A stretch of DNA of 64,000 nucleotides. It comes from Microthyrium microscopicum (Eukaryota). Both the position numbers and the translations under genes were made by a program. Of the stretch, positions 13,506 through 25,700 are shown piece by piece (positions within the stretch are counted from its first letter, which is position 1; each line of letters opens with the position of its first letter). The DNA is taken from positions 695,122-759,121 of the forward strand of contig MU004233.1 in the NCBI GenBank assembly GCA_010405405.1, read 5' to 3'. Below the pieces are notes generated by a model. That model was not told where the DNA came from and ran no database searches. It saw only the letters and a program-made list of their open reading frames with translations.

Positions 13506-15179
13506 TCTCTAATAAGATTTTATAAAAGAGAAATAGTACATTAAATAAAAAGTAAAAGACTTATTAGTAATAATAATAATTTATATAGATAATAGAATTT
13601 TACTTTAAAGTTACTACCTTAATATTTTTATTTATTATTTAAAAGCCTAGTAGTATTATAATAAGTACTACTACTATACGCTTTATAAACCTAATCTATA
13701 GAACGTTATATACTTATACTATAGCTTATTATACTATAAGATATACTAAAGTTAGCTCTAGTAATTTAAATTAAGTCTTTATAAATATTTCTAGACTTTT
13801 AAGTATATATAAACTTATATTTACTTATAAAGTAGATTAGCATATAGATAACTATTATCTTATATCTACTTTATCTTATGCCTACTATATAGTTATCTTT
13901 ATTATAAACCTATATTACTAAAATAATTTTTAAAGTTAAGGATAAAGTTAAAACTAGGCTAGCTACTCTATCTAAGTAATATTTTATACTTTAGTACTCT
14001 AAGTATAAAAGATACCCTATTAATATTATTATCTATTAAAATAGTATATTAAAAGAATAATATAAAATAGCCCTTAATACTAAACTTTTCTAACTCTATA
14101 AACTATATAAAGGGCTCTATTCTATTAATAATACTACTATAAGCCTTCTATATATAATACTTATTATTATAGCTAAATATCCTTATAATTTCTATTCTAC
14201 TAGCCTCTAAGATACTAGCTATAAGAGTAACTATTACCTTCTAGTATTTATATAAGAGTAGTTTTCTATTTACTATAAAAATTAAGACTTTAGTTATATA
14301 CTAATAGGATATATATACTATAAAAAATTATAAATATTAAATAAGATTCTTAAAGTAGGTAATTATATATCTAGTAATAGGGCTACTATTTTTAAACTAT
14401 TAAGTAGAATATTAAGAAGAATTTTAAATACGTAACTACTTTTAATAGTAATAGAGATTAACTTAATACCTATTATGCTTTACCTTAACATTTATTATTA
14501 CTTACGTCATTACTTATATACTTATTAGTTTTAGTTATTTCTAAATAGATTACCCTTATCTTAAACCTACTACCTAAAAACTAGTTCCTTACTATTACTT
14601 TTATTATTATAAATAATTAATATACTACTAAAGAATACCCTTAACTAAAGTAATTATATGCTTACTCTATTTATTTAGCTTATATTATTCTATAATAAAC
14701 CTATATTACTAAAATATAAAGTTAGAGTTTATAAAGTTAATAGTAATACTATTACTTCTTAAAATACTTAAGTAAGGCTTTATAACTAGCTTTAACTAGC
14801 TTTGCTACCTATATTTTAACTAATCTATTTAAAATAGTAATTATAGTAATATTAAACTACTAAACTTTTCTATTAATATAGAAGCTATATTTAGTATAAA
14901 AGTAATACTTTTAACTTAATATATATTACTATAAAGGAAAGCTATTACTACTTAGCTTCCTTAGAGAATACTATATTTAGAGGCTATTACTATTATATAT
15001 AGCTACGTTACCTTTTCTTACTTATACTTTTAAAGTACTCTAGAAGTCTAAGAACGTTTAGAAAAGTACTTTAGGTATTTACTACTTAATACTCTTTATT
15101 CTCTATAAGATCTACTTTATATAAGAAAAGGTTAAAGATATTATAGTAATACTTAGTATACTACTCTACTTCTACTACT

Positions 15180-15830
15180 ATAAAAGTTACTTTTATAGCT
15201 ACTACCTTAGCCCTTCTATATCTTTATTTTAATTACTATAGAACTTACCTTTACTACTATTACCTCTTTCTTTATTATTATCTTAACTACTATAGAATTT
15301 ACCTTTACTATATATTCTATATATCCTAAGGCCTTTAATATTTTAGTTAGCTTTATAAATAAAGTAATAGAATTATATTAAAGTTTAGAAGTAATAAGAA
15401 GAAAGAAGATAGAAATAAAAGATATAGCTAGGCTATTATTAAAGCTACTAAGTAGATACTAGAAGAAGCGTAATTAATAATAATAATAACTACTATCTCC
15501 TTCTTTATTAAATCTACTTTTATATTAACTACTATAGAATTTACCTCTATAGCTATTACCTCCTTCTCTATTAAACTTACCTTTACCTTAACTACTATAG
15601 AATTTACCTTTATAACTACTACCTCCTTCTTTATTAAACCTACCTTTACCTTAACTACTATAGAATTTACCTCTATAGCTATTACCTCCTTCTCTATTAA
15701 ACCTACCTCTACTTTAACTATTATAAAATTTACCTTTATAGCTATTATAATTACTATAGTAAAATATAAAGGGCTTATTAAGTTAAAGAATATAGAAATT
15801 AAAGTAATAAAGGAATAAACCTTAGGCAAA
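15180..15830 (-). repeat. 63-bp (21-codon) tandem repeat, probably a RIP relic of a repeat-containing coding region
   Basis: 'actatagaatttacc' at 15531, 15594 and 15657, with related copies at ~15235 and 15289; gives the EKEVIAIEVNSIVVKVKVGLI repeat of ORF 15428..15829. Confidence 0.8.
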
Positions 15831-17212
15831 AATTATTCTTAATTATATTAGAATAGTAGATATCTAAAGATTTAGTAGTTACTAAAGTAATTACTAAGGT
15901 ATAATAACCTTTCCTTCTTAGTTAAGATAGTACTTTTCTTAAATCTTTTCTTTAGCTTTAACTTAATTTAATCTCTTCTCTCTCTCTTTATTTTACTTTC
16001 TACTTAGCTTAAGTATAAAAAAAGCGCTTATTAAAGTTATTTTAATAGCTTTTATATAGTATAATACTAAAATATTACTATACCTAAAAAAGTACGTTTC
16101 CTTATAGCTACTTAAGACTTTAAACCTTATATATAAAGTAAAAGAAACCTTATTTTCTTATATTATAGATACTCTTTATATAAAAGATAAGAAAAATTAA
16201 TAGCTAAGTATAGGTAGCTTATTTTCCTTCTTTACTTTATTTTCTATACTTACTTAGTTCCTTTAAATTAATTATATAAGACGTATACTTACTTTATAGT
16301 CTCTTTTTTTATAATAGATATAATAAATAGAGTTCTAGATAACTCTTACCTTCTTAAATTAGTAGTAGACTATATATATTTATATACTTATCTACTATAA
16401 GAGCGTAAAGAAGTTATAAAGCTTTATCTTATTTACTATTTAATTAATATTATACTATTATATATAGTAAGACTACTTTTTATAAGCTTATATTTATTAA
16501 GATATAGAAGTAGCTATATAGTTTTATATAAGTAAATACTATTTCTTATCTATATATACTTAATAAGTAGTTTTAGTTATATATAGCATATAAATAATAT
16601 ATATATAGATATTTAGTATAGCTATATAACTTTTATATTATTAAAGTTATAAATATTAAGTAGTTTAATAATATATTTACTATTAGTAAATAGAAAAAGG
16701 CGTTTTAAGTATACCTTCCTAAATTAGAAGTTAACTAAGTAGGTTTACTATTTCTAGATTATAGTTAACTTAGTAAAGTAGTTAAGGACGTAGATTCTTA
16801 ATATTAGGAAGTACTTATTAATAAGATAATCTTTTTTAGGTAAATTAAGTAAAGCGTTTAATTAACTTTATATTATATTATAAAAGAAAAGTAGATAGCT
16901 TATTTTAGAAGAATTCTTTATTAGGCTAGCAAATTATAGTAGAGTTATAAGAAGCTAAGAGATTACCTTTAGCTACTACTCCCTATAATAAATATCTTAG
17001 TAACTATTTAGTTTATATTAATTAAAATAGTATCTAACGTTAGCTATAATAATTAGCTAACTCTTCTTTAACTTCTTAATATATTCTTTAACTACTTTTA
17101 CTAATCTAATATAAATATAGCTATAATTAAACTATAAAAAGTCTTTCTATTTATTAGAGCTAATTTATAATAGCTTTATCTTAATAGTAGCTTATTAACT
17201 CTTTAAAGATAC

Positions 17213-17935
17213 TATACTAGTGCTTAACTTATAACTTCTTATATATTAGTTAATATTAACGTTAGTAAGGTAGCTTTCTATTCTAGTAGGCTACTACCTA
17301 AGCTTATAATATTCTATTAGAGTAATTATAATACTACTAATATATATAAATTAGCTTAGTTCTTATTTTATATTTATATAAAACTAACCTATCTAAAAGA
17401 GCAAAAGAATAAAGCTAGCTAAGTAGTTATATAAGCAAAGGATATATATAGCTTAGCTAATATTAATAATAGCTACTTCTCTAATAAGAAGTTACTACCT
17501 AACTCTAATCCTATACTTAGAGAACTAATATAAAGTTTCTATATTTAGTATAAGCTATAACTATCTACTATCTATACTAGTGCTTAACTTATAACTTCCT
17601 ATATATTAGTTAATATTAATATTAGTAAGGTAGCTTTCTACCCTAATAGGCTACTACCTAAGCTTATAATATCCTATTAAAGTAATTATAATACTACTAA
17701 TATATATAAATTAGCTTAATTCTTATTTTGTATTTATATAAAACTAACCTATCTAAAAGAGCAAAAGAACAAAGCTAGCTAGATAATTATATAAGTAAAA
17801 GATATATATAGCTTAGCTAACGTTAATAATAGCTACTCCTCTAATAAGAAGTTACTACTTAACCCTAATTCTATACTTAGGGAACTAATATAAAGTTTCT
17901 ATATTTAGTATAAGCTATAACTACCTACTATTTAT
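17213..17935. repeat. Tandem duplication with a 360-bp period
   Basis: Lines 17221-17580 and 17581-17940 align column for column; differences are almost all C/T and G/A. Confidence 0.95.
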
Positions 17936-18299
17936 AGATTATTATTCTTATCTAGTAATCTATTAATAACTAGCTATCCTAGCTTTATTATATTTATAAT
18001 AAGAGCCTAAATATTTTAGTAAAAGCTTATCTTCTTACTCTTAAGAATATACTTAATAGCTATAATTTCTTTATATACTTATAAAAGCTAGCTAGACTAA
18101 GAATATTAAGAAGCTATCTAATTACTAAGTTATTTTTTGCTATTACTTACCTAAGCTTCTAAAGTACTAACTACTATGCTTACTATAAGAATATTTAAAG
18201 GCTATAATCCTACTACTAAAGCTTTAGGTAATAATACTAAAAATAAGTCTAGTACCTAAATAATCTTAATTATATTAGAGTTAAGGTAAACGTAATTAT

Positions 18300-21200
18300 T
18301 ATTACTATAAATAACTACTCTAAGTATTTAATCTACCTACTTATAAATAAAGTTAAAGTAGTCCTTAGCTACTTCTTTAATAAGTTAAAAGTATAGATAT
18401 ATTTATTAACGTAATTACTTAGTTTCGTACTTTAACTTTATAGAAGCGTATACTAAATACTTAAAAGGAAAGTAAAGTTAATAAGAAATAGACTTAGTAA
18501 TAAAAAGTATAGAATATATAAACTCTTTAACTACTTTAGTTAATAAACTAACCTTTATAGTTCTTAACTTAAAAGATATAACCTATAAGTATACAAAATT
18601 TATTAGTAATTAGCTAATATATATTCTAAAAGCATTACTTACTAATAGACGCTTTAAAGTTTTAAAATTCTTTAATTACTTTATTACTAAAACTAGTACC
18701 TAGCTTATAAGAATCCCTTATAGTATTATAATTAAACTACTTTTAGTACATTAGTAGGTTAATAACTCTAATATTATTAGATATTCTACTTTTCTTTATA
18801 GAAGCTTTTCTATTACCTAATTTATTTATTAGCCTTAGACTAAGAAAACACCTACTACTATAATATAGGCTTTCCTACCTTAATAATTAGTATACTTTTA
18901 TTAACTTAAAGATAACTACTTTTCTTAATAATATTTATTAGATTACTAAGTCCTTACTAATATAAGAATTATAAAGATACTAAACTCTTAACCCTAGCTT
19001 TATATAGCATTCTTTAACTACATTTATTATAAAGAAACCCCTTTCTTTATCCTAAAGGAAAAGCCTATATAAGATACTACTAAAATATCTAAGGAAATAT
19101 TTAAAAAAATCTAGTCTATTTACTATTACTCTTATTATTATAGTTAACTAATATATTACTAAAGGTACTATTACCTTACCTACTCTTAATATTATTACTA
19201 CTTTATCTAGGTACTAAATATATCTAAATATAATAAAAGTTGCTAGTAAGTAACGTTCCTATATGTAGTAATAACTTCTAGATAACTATTATTACTCTAA
19301 GTATCTAATCTACCTACTTATAGATAAAGCTTAAGGTAGTTCTTAGCTACTTCTTTAACTAATTAAGAGTATAGATGTATTTATTAACGTAATTACTTAA
19401 TTTAACTATAAAGGCAATATACTACTTACTTAGTAGAGTATAAGATATAAAAATAGCGCTATCTTAACTAAAAAGAAAAGGTTATTACTCCTTAATAACT
19501 ACTTTAGTAACTATTAAGTCCTTAAATATAACCCTAGCTTTATATAGCGTTCTTTAACTATATCTATTATAAGAAAACCCCTTTTATTATCTTAGAAGAA
19601 GAGCTTATACAAGATACTACTAAAATAACTAAAGAAATATTTACCTACTTAATACCTTTACTATATTACTTAAGTATTCTTACCTAGTTTAATAGCTATA
19701 TAATAGTACCTCTATTAGACTAGGAATAGTAGATAAATCTCTAACTCTACTAATTACGTAAAGAAGTAAATAGCACTATATAATTAAAATAACAACTAAG
19801 CTACTTTTAGCTTAATTTATATACTATTTACTATTACTCTTATTATTATAGTTAACTAATACACTACTAAAGGTGCTATTACCTTACCTACTCTTAATAT
19901 TATTACTACTTTATCTAAGTGCTAAATATATCTAAATATAATAGAGATTACTAGTAAGCAACGTTCCTATATATAGTAACGACCCCTAGACGACTATTAT
20001 TACTCTAAGTATTTAATCTACCTACCTATAGATAGAGCTTAAGGTAGTCCTTCCTTTATTATATTACTTAAGCATTCTTACCTAGTTTAATAGCTTATTA
20101 AAGGCATTTATAAAAGCTTATAGTATATTAAATATTTCTTCTTATTATTAAGCAAAATTATACTAGAAATATATTCTACTTAGTAAATTCTTTAGACTTT
20201 AAATCTAATACGTATATAAACTACTAGAGTTAAGAACGCTACTAAAAGCCTCTTAAGTCTAGCTTAATAAACTATATAATAGTACTAAATATAGAAATTT
20301 TTAAAGAAAACTCTCTTATTTCTATAGGAAAAATAATTTAAGAAAGAAAAAAGTTAATAATACCCTTTAAGTAGTATAAAATAAAAAAAACTTCTTTAAT
20401 ATACTATAACTAGTCTTTAATATTAATCTTTATTAGATTAGGAATAGTAAATAAATCTCTAACTTTACTAGTTATATAAAAAGGTAAGTAGCACTATATA
20501 ATTAAAATAATAACTAGGCTACTTCTAGCTTAATTTATATACTACTTACTATTACTCTTATTATTATAATTAACTAATATACTACTAAAGGTACTATTAC
20601 CTTACCTACTCTTAATATTATTACTACTTTATCTAGGTACTAGATATATCTAGATATAATAGAGGTTGCTAGTAAGCAACGTTCCTATATATAGTAACAA
20701 CCCCTAAATAACATATAGTATTAAGGGTTATAAGGCTTTATATAGAATTTTCAAAGTATACTATAGGTATAATTAGATACGCTAAATAGATTCACTACTA
20801 TAGGCGCTAGTTATTACTCTAAGCATCTAATCTACCTATCTATAGATAAAGCTTAAAGTAGTTCTTTCTCTACTATATTACTTAAGTATCCTTACCTAGT
20901 TTAATAGCTATATAATAGTACTAGATATAGAAATTTTTAAAGGAAACTCTCTTATTCTTATAAGAAAGATAATTTAAGAAAGAAAAAAGTTAATAGTACT
21001 CTTTAAATAGCATAAAGTAAAAAAAACTTCTTTAGTATACTATAACTAGTCTTTAATATTAATCTCTATTAGACTAAGAATAATAAATAAATCTCTAACT
21101 CTACTAGTTACGTAAAGAGGTAAGTAGTACTATATAATTAAAATAATAACTAGGCTACTTATAGCCTAGTAGAAGTAATGTCTTACCCTTAGTATAGTAA

Positions 21201-22270
21201 GTATATAAGACCTTATTATAAAGAATTATATAGTATATAAAATAAGTAATACCTTAAAGTATAGAGTAAGATTAGAGATAAAAGTCCTAAGTATAAGCGT
21301 TAATAATACTATAATTAATAATAATACTAAGATAATAGTTATTATTATAGTCTACGTCCTAGAGACTAGTAAAATAAAAATAAATATAGTAGTACTTTAT
21401 AATAATAAAGAGTATTATACGCAAACTTAGCTTAATTTATATACTACTTACTATTACTCTTATTATTATAGTTAACTAATATACTACTAAAGGTACTATT
21501 ACCTTACTTTACCTTACCTACTCTTAATATTATTACTACTTTATCTAGGTACTAAATATATCTAGATATAATAAAGATTACTAATAAGTAACATTCTTAT
21601 ATATAGTAATAATCCTTAAATAACTATTATTACTCTAAGTATCTAATCTACCTACCTATAAATAGAGCTTAAAGTAGTCCTTAGCTACTTCTTTAACTAG
21701 TTAGGAGTATAGATGCATTTATTAACGTAATTACTTAATTTAATCATAAAGGTAATACATAGCTTACTTAACAAAGCGTAAAATATAAAAATAGCGCTAT
21801 CTTAACTAAGAAAAAAAGGTTATTACTCCTTAGTAACTACTTATAGTAGTAACTACTAAGTCCTTAAATACCTTCTTAGTTAGCTATAATAAATATAAGA
21901 AATATATTTTTCTACTAGGTCTAGGAAATAAAAGCCTAGTTATATATCCTACTTATAACCTACTAAAACTAGAATAATAATATTAAAAGCTAATTAAAAC
22001 GTTTAGGAAGGATAGATTATAAAAGCAATATATAGCTTACTTAAGGCGTAAGATATAGGAATAGTAATATCTTAACTAGTTAGAAAAGGCTATTACGCCT
22101 TAGTAGCTAATTATATAGTAATTTTTAATCCCTTTCCTTAAAAATTATATTTTCTACCTAAAGATTATAACTACTTTATCTAGATACTAGACATATTTAG
22201 ATACTAATATCTAGATATATTTAGATATATTTAGACATATCTAGATATATAGAAAGTTACTAGTAAGTAT
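18300..22270. repeat. Mosaic array of shuffled 60-170-bp modules
   Basis: Module A (tactctaag.at.taatctaccta) at ~18316, 19285, 19992, 20811, 21622; B (actattactcttattattata.ttaactaat) at ~19121, 19831, 20549, 21451; C at 18991/19531; D at ~20307/20944; E at ~19715/20433/21069; F at ~19451/21789. Confidence 0.85.
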
Positions 22271-22329
22271 TATTTATATTCTATTATACATAGCTCTAGC
22301 TATAATAAATTTACTTAAGTATAGTATAA

Positions 22330-22730
22330 GCTATACTTAAATAACTATAATATACTTAATAAGTTTAAAATATTTTAAATAGTTTTATAATATTTCTAAT
22401 AAAGTATATAATATCTTATATATATTTAATATCTTTATAATAAGTTTAAAANNNNNNNNNNNNNNNNNNNNNNNNNNNNNNNNNNNNNNNNNNNNNNNNN
22501 NNNNNNNNNNNTACCTAATAAGTTTAAAATATTTTAAATAGTTTTATAATATTTCTAATAAAGTATATATTATCTTATATATATCTAATATTTTTATAAT
22601 AAGTTTAAAATAATTATAATATACCTAATAAGTTTAAAATATTTTAAATACTTTTAAAATATTTCTAATAAAGTACGTAGTTATCTTATACGTATTTAAT
22701 ATCTTTATAATAAGTTAAATATAACTTTTC
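22330..22730. repeat. ~110-bp tandem repeat array containing the assembly gap (60 N at 22452-22511)
   Basis: 'taataagtttaaaatattttaaata' at ~22358, 22517 and 22627, on both sides of the gap; true copy number unknown. Confidence 0.85.
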
Positions 22731-22767
22731 TAGTATAATATATAGTCTAATTTGTAATGTATAATAA

Positions 22768-22780
22768 TTTTTTTATAATG
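22768..22780 (-). mobile_element. Candidate CACTA-like terminal sequence of an element inserted into the gypsy
   Basis: Reverse complement cattataaaaaaa differs from the En/Spm terminus CACTACAAGAAAA only by C>T/G>A changes, and lies exactly where the gypsy RT frame stops being recognisable. Confidence 0.45.
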
Positions 22781-25700
22781 TCTTATTTTAATAGATTAAT
22801 AATAATAGTATATCTTAGTATATACTCTTATAGCTATCTAGTTAATATATTCTAATATTTAAGGACTACTAAGGTAGTAAGGAATAGTAGTTTAGTAATT
22901 ACTATAATTCTTTTTAATATATAAGAAATACCTTTATTAGTAAGTTTCTTTTCTAAGATTATAACTATAAGAAATCCTAGGAAGTATTTCTTATTAGCTA
23001 GAGTAATATTAAATTCTTTATAAAGTTTAAGGAAGGTTTTAGTATACTTTATTACTAATTAGAAATTTTTTAATATAAAAATAAAGTTATTAATATAGAT
23101 TCTTAGCTATTTTTTATATTTATAAATAATACTATTTATAAATTATTATACGTAAGAAGGAGAGTTTTAAAATTCTATTAAGGTAATATTTATAACTTCT
23201 AGTCTTTTATACGTAATAATTATAAATATATAGTAATAGCTTAGATAGATAAGAAATTAATAGAAGAAAAATTTAGCGTTTTATATTAATATAAACTTAG
23301 TGCTAGTAATTATATTTATAATATTTAATATTTTTAAAATTAGGTAGGTATCCTTAATAGTAATCTTATTTATTACTCTTATATTAAGTATAATATAGCC
23401 TTCTTATTCTATAGTTCTATCTAGTTTAGTAATATTTTTCTAGACTATAAAAACTAGGGTAATAAAAGGCGTAAAGTACTTTTAAAATTCTATTTTTCCT
23501 TAGGCCTATAACTTATTAAATAAAGTATTAATTACTTTCTAACCTATTATTCTAACTAAGTATAGTTTTATACTAACTTTATTTCTTTATACTATTTGCT
23601 AGTCTATTATTAGAATAACTTTTATAAAATCTTTTTCTTATATTTTAATAAGTCTTAGTATACTATTAAAAACTTTTATATATTTCTAAAGTATAGAATT
23701 AAATACTTATCTTTATTTATATAAACTATAAACTATTACGCTATATAATATAGTCTCCTAAAACTTTTTACTTTATTCTAAATTAATTTTTAAGCCTATA
23801 TATTCTATTAGTATTAATAACTTATTATAAAAACTTAAGTCTTTTAGTACGTTTATAGAAAAGGAGCTAGAAGAAGACTAGTTATTTATAAAGAGTTTTT
23901 AGTATAAGCTAACTAGCTTTATACTAGGAAGCTCTTAAGGAATTATATTTTATTAGCCTACTAAAAGTATAGTAATAAAGCGTTATTTAAGTATAGTATT
24001 ATTTTAGGTTTAGTCTAGTAAGGTAAAAAGCTTTAAAGCTAGCTTTAGTAGGTTTTTAGTACTTATAATAGCTAGTTTAGAAATAGTTAGTAAGTTAACT
24101 TTAGTTAGTTAGTTAGGCTTACTTTTTATAATAGAGTTAAGATCCTTAGTAAGAAGTAATTTCTACTTAGGTAATAGCTTAGTATTAGTAAAGATTTAAT
24201 TCTTTAGTTTAGAGCGTAGTACCTAAGTATAAAAGATTAATACCTAAAGACATAATTTAGCTATTAAAGAAATATCTAAATTTTAATAGTAGTAATTCTC
24301 TTTATAGGCTTAGATACTAGTAGTAAGAAATTTATAAAGTAGTTAGATAGTAGTATTTAATAAGATTTTAATTATATATAATATTTTTAATATAGCTATA
24401 GTCTACTTAGGCTATAGTACGTATAGTATTACTATAGTATTTAAATAATTAATACTATAATCTTTATATAGTAGTAAATAAATAGAAAATAGAATTTTTA
24501 TCTTTATCTTATTGCCTAATTTTACCTAAGAATAGTAAGGCTAAAAGAATTTAGCTTAGTAAGGAATTATAAATAGAATTTTAAGTTTCTATTAGTAAGG
24601 ATTTTTATAAGCTTCTTAATAGAAAGAAGTTCTAGCTAGTAAAGAAGTTATAAAGTTTAAATACTTAGTACTAATATAATAAGTACTATATTTAGAGTAT
24701 AAAATAAGTAATCCTAGTTTAGTTTACTTATAGAGAGAGAAAGGTTTATCTATATTATTATAAATAGTAATAAATTTAGTTTTTAAATTTACTATTATAG
24801 AAATTATGCTACTAGAAGGACTAAGCATTAGGCTATTTAGATCTAGAATAAAGAATAGAGTTTCTTTATTAAAAAGGTTTTTTCTAGCTACTACTATTTA
24901 AATAGACTAGATAGAATAAAAAAGAATAGTTTTATTTTAGGTAGTATAAACTATTTAGTATACCTAGGTATATTATCTTATAAAAACTTATAAAGGTATA
25001 ATAAAGAAATAAGGTTTTTTTATACTATGCCCTTTATAATAATAAATTAGCTTCTTATTCTTTAGATTTAGTATAATTCTAAGTAGCTTTAAGATATCTA
25101 TAGAAACTAGTAATAGACTATCTAAGTCTTTAATAACCTAGAACTTTGCCTAGATTTCTAAGATAGCTAAGAAGCTAAGGTTACTATAGCTATAAATATA
25201 TAGTAATAGCTTTATATAGTTTATAGCTCGTACTAGTATATTATATACTTTTATTTTAAGTATATATTTTTAAAGTATAAGAATTATATTTAGTAAAATT
25301 TTATATAGTATATAAGAGCTAATATAGCTTACTATAATACCTAAATTAATATATACTAGTATTAGAGTCTAATTTTTGCTAAAAGTAATTAAGATAATTA
25401 AATAATAGTATTAAAGAAAGTTTTTACTTTAGATTAGTTATAGCGTATATATTAGTAATATTTATATAATCTTCTAATCTATCTAAATATAGTTAATTAA
25501 GACTAATAAAGGTTTTAAGATTTTATCTTTAACCTCCTTATTAGCTATAAACTTATAAACTTTTAATAAGTATAAGTACTTAAATAGTAGATTTTAAGAA
25601 TTAAATAAGGCATTATAGTTAAGATAAGTAGTATGTTTTAAAGTTAAGTTTTTAGACCTAAAGACTTAAGTTTAAAGGTAGTAAACTTAGTAGCTATTAT

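Noticed and set aside
15428..15829. 133-aa ORF as a functional gene
   Set aside because: Ile/Lys/Val-rich product of a RIP-mutated 63-bp repeat; open by chance.
2860..22730. Repeat arrays as CRISPR or telomeric repeats
   Set aside because: Eukaryotic context, no constant repeat with unique spacers, no cas genes, no TTAGGG tracts.
1..22780. Starship or Helitron identity
   Set aside because: No tyrosine-recombinase captain or Rep/PIF1 motifs recognised; helicase motifs are UPF1-type. A captain outside the window cannot be excluded.
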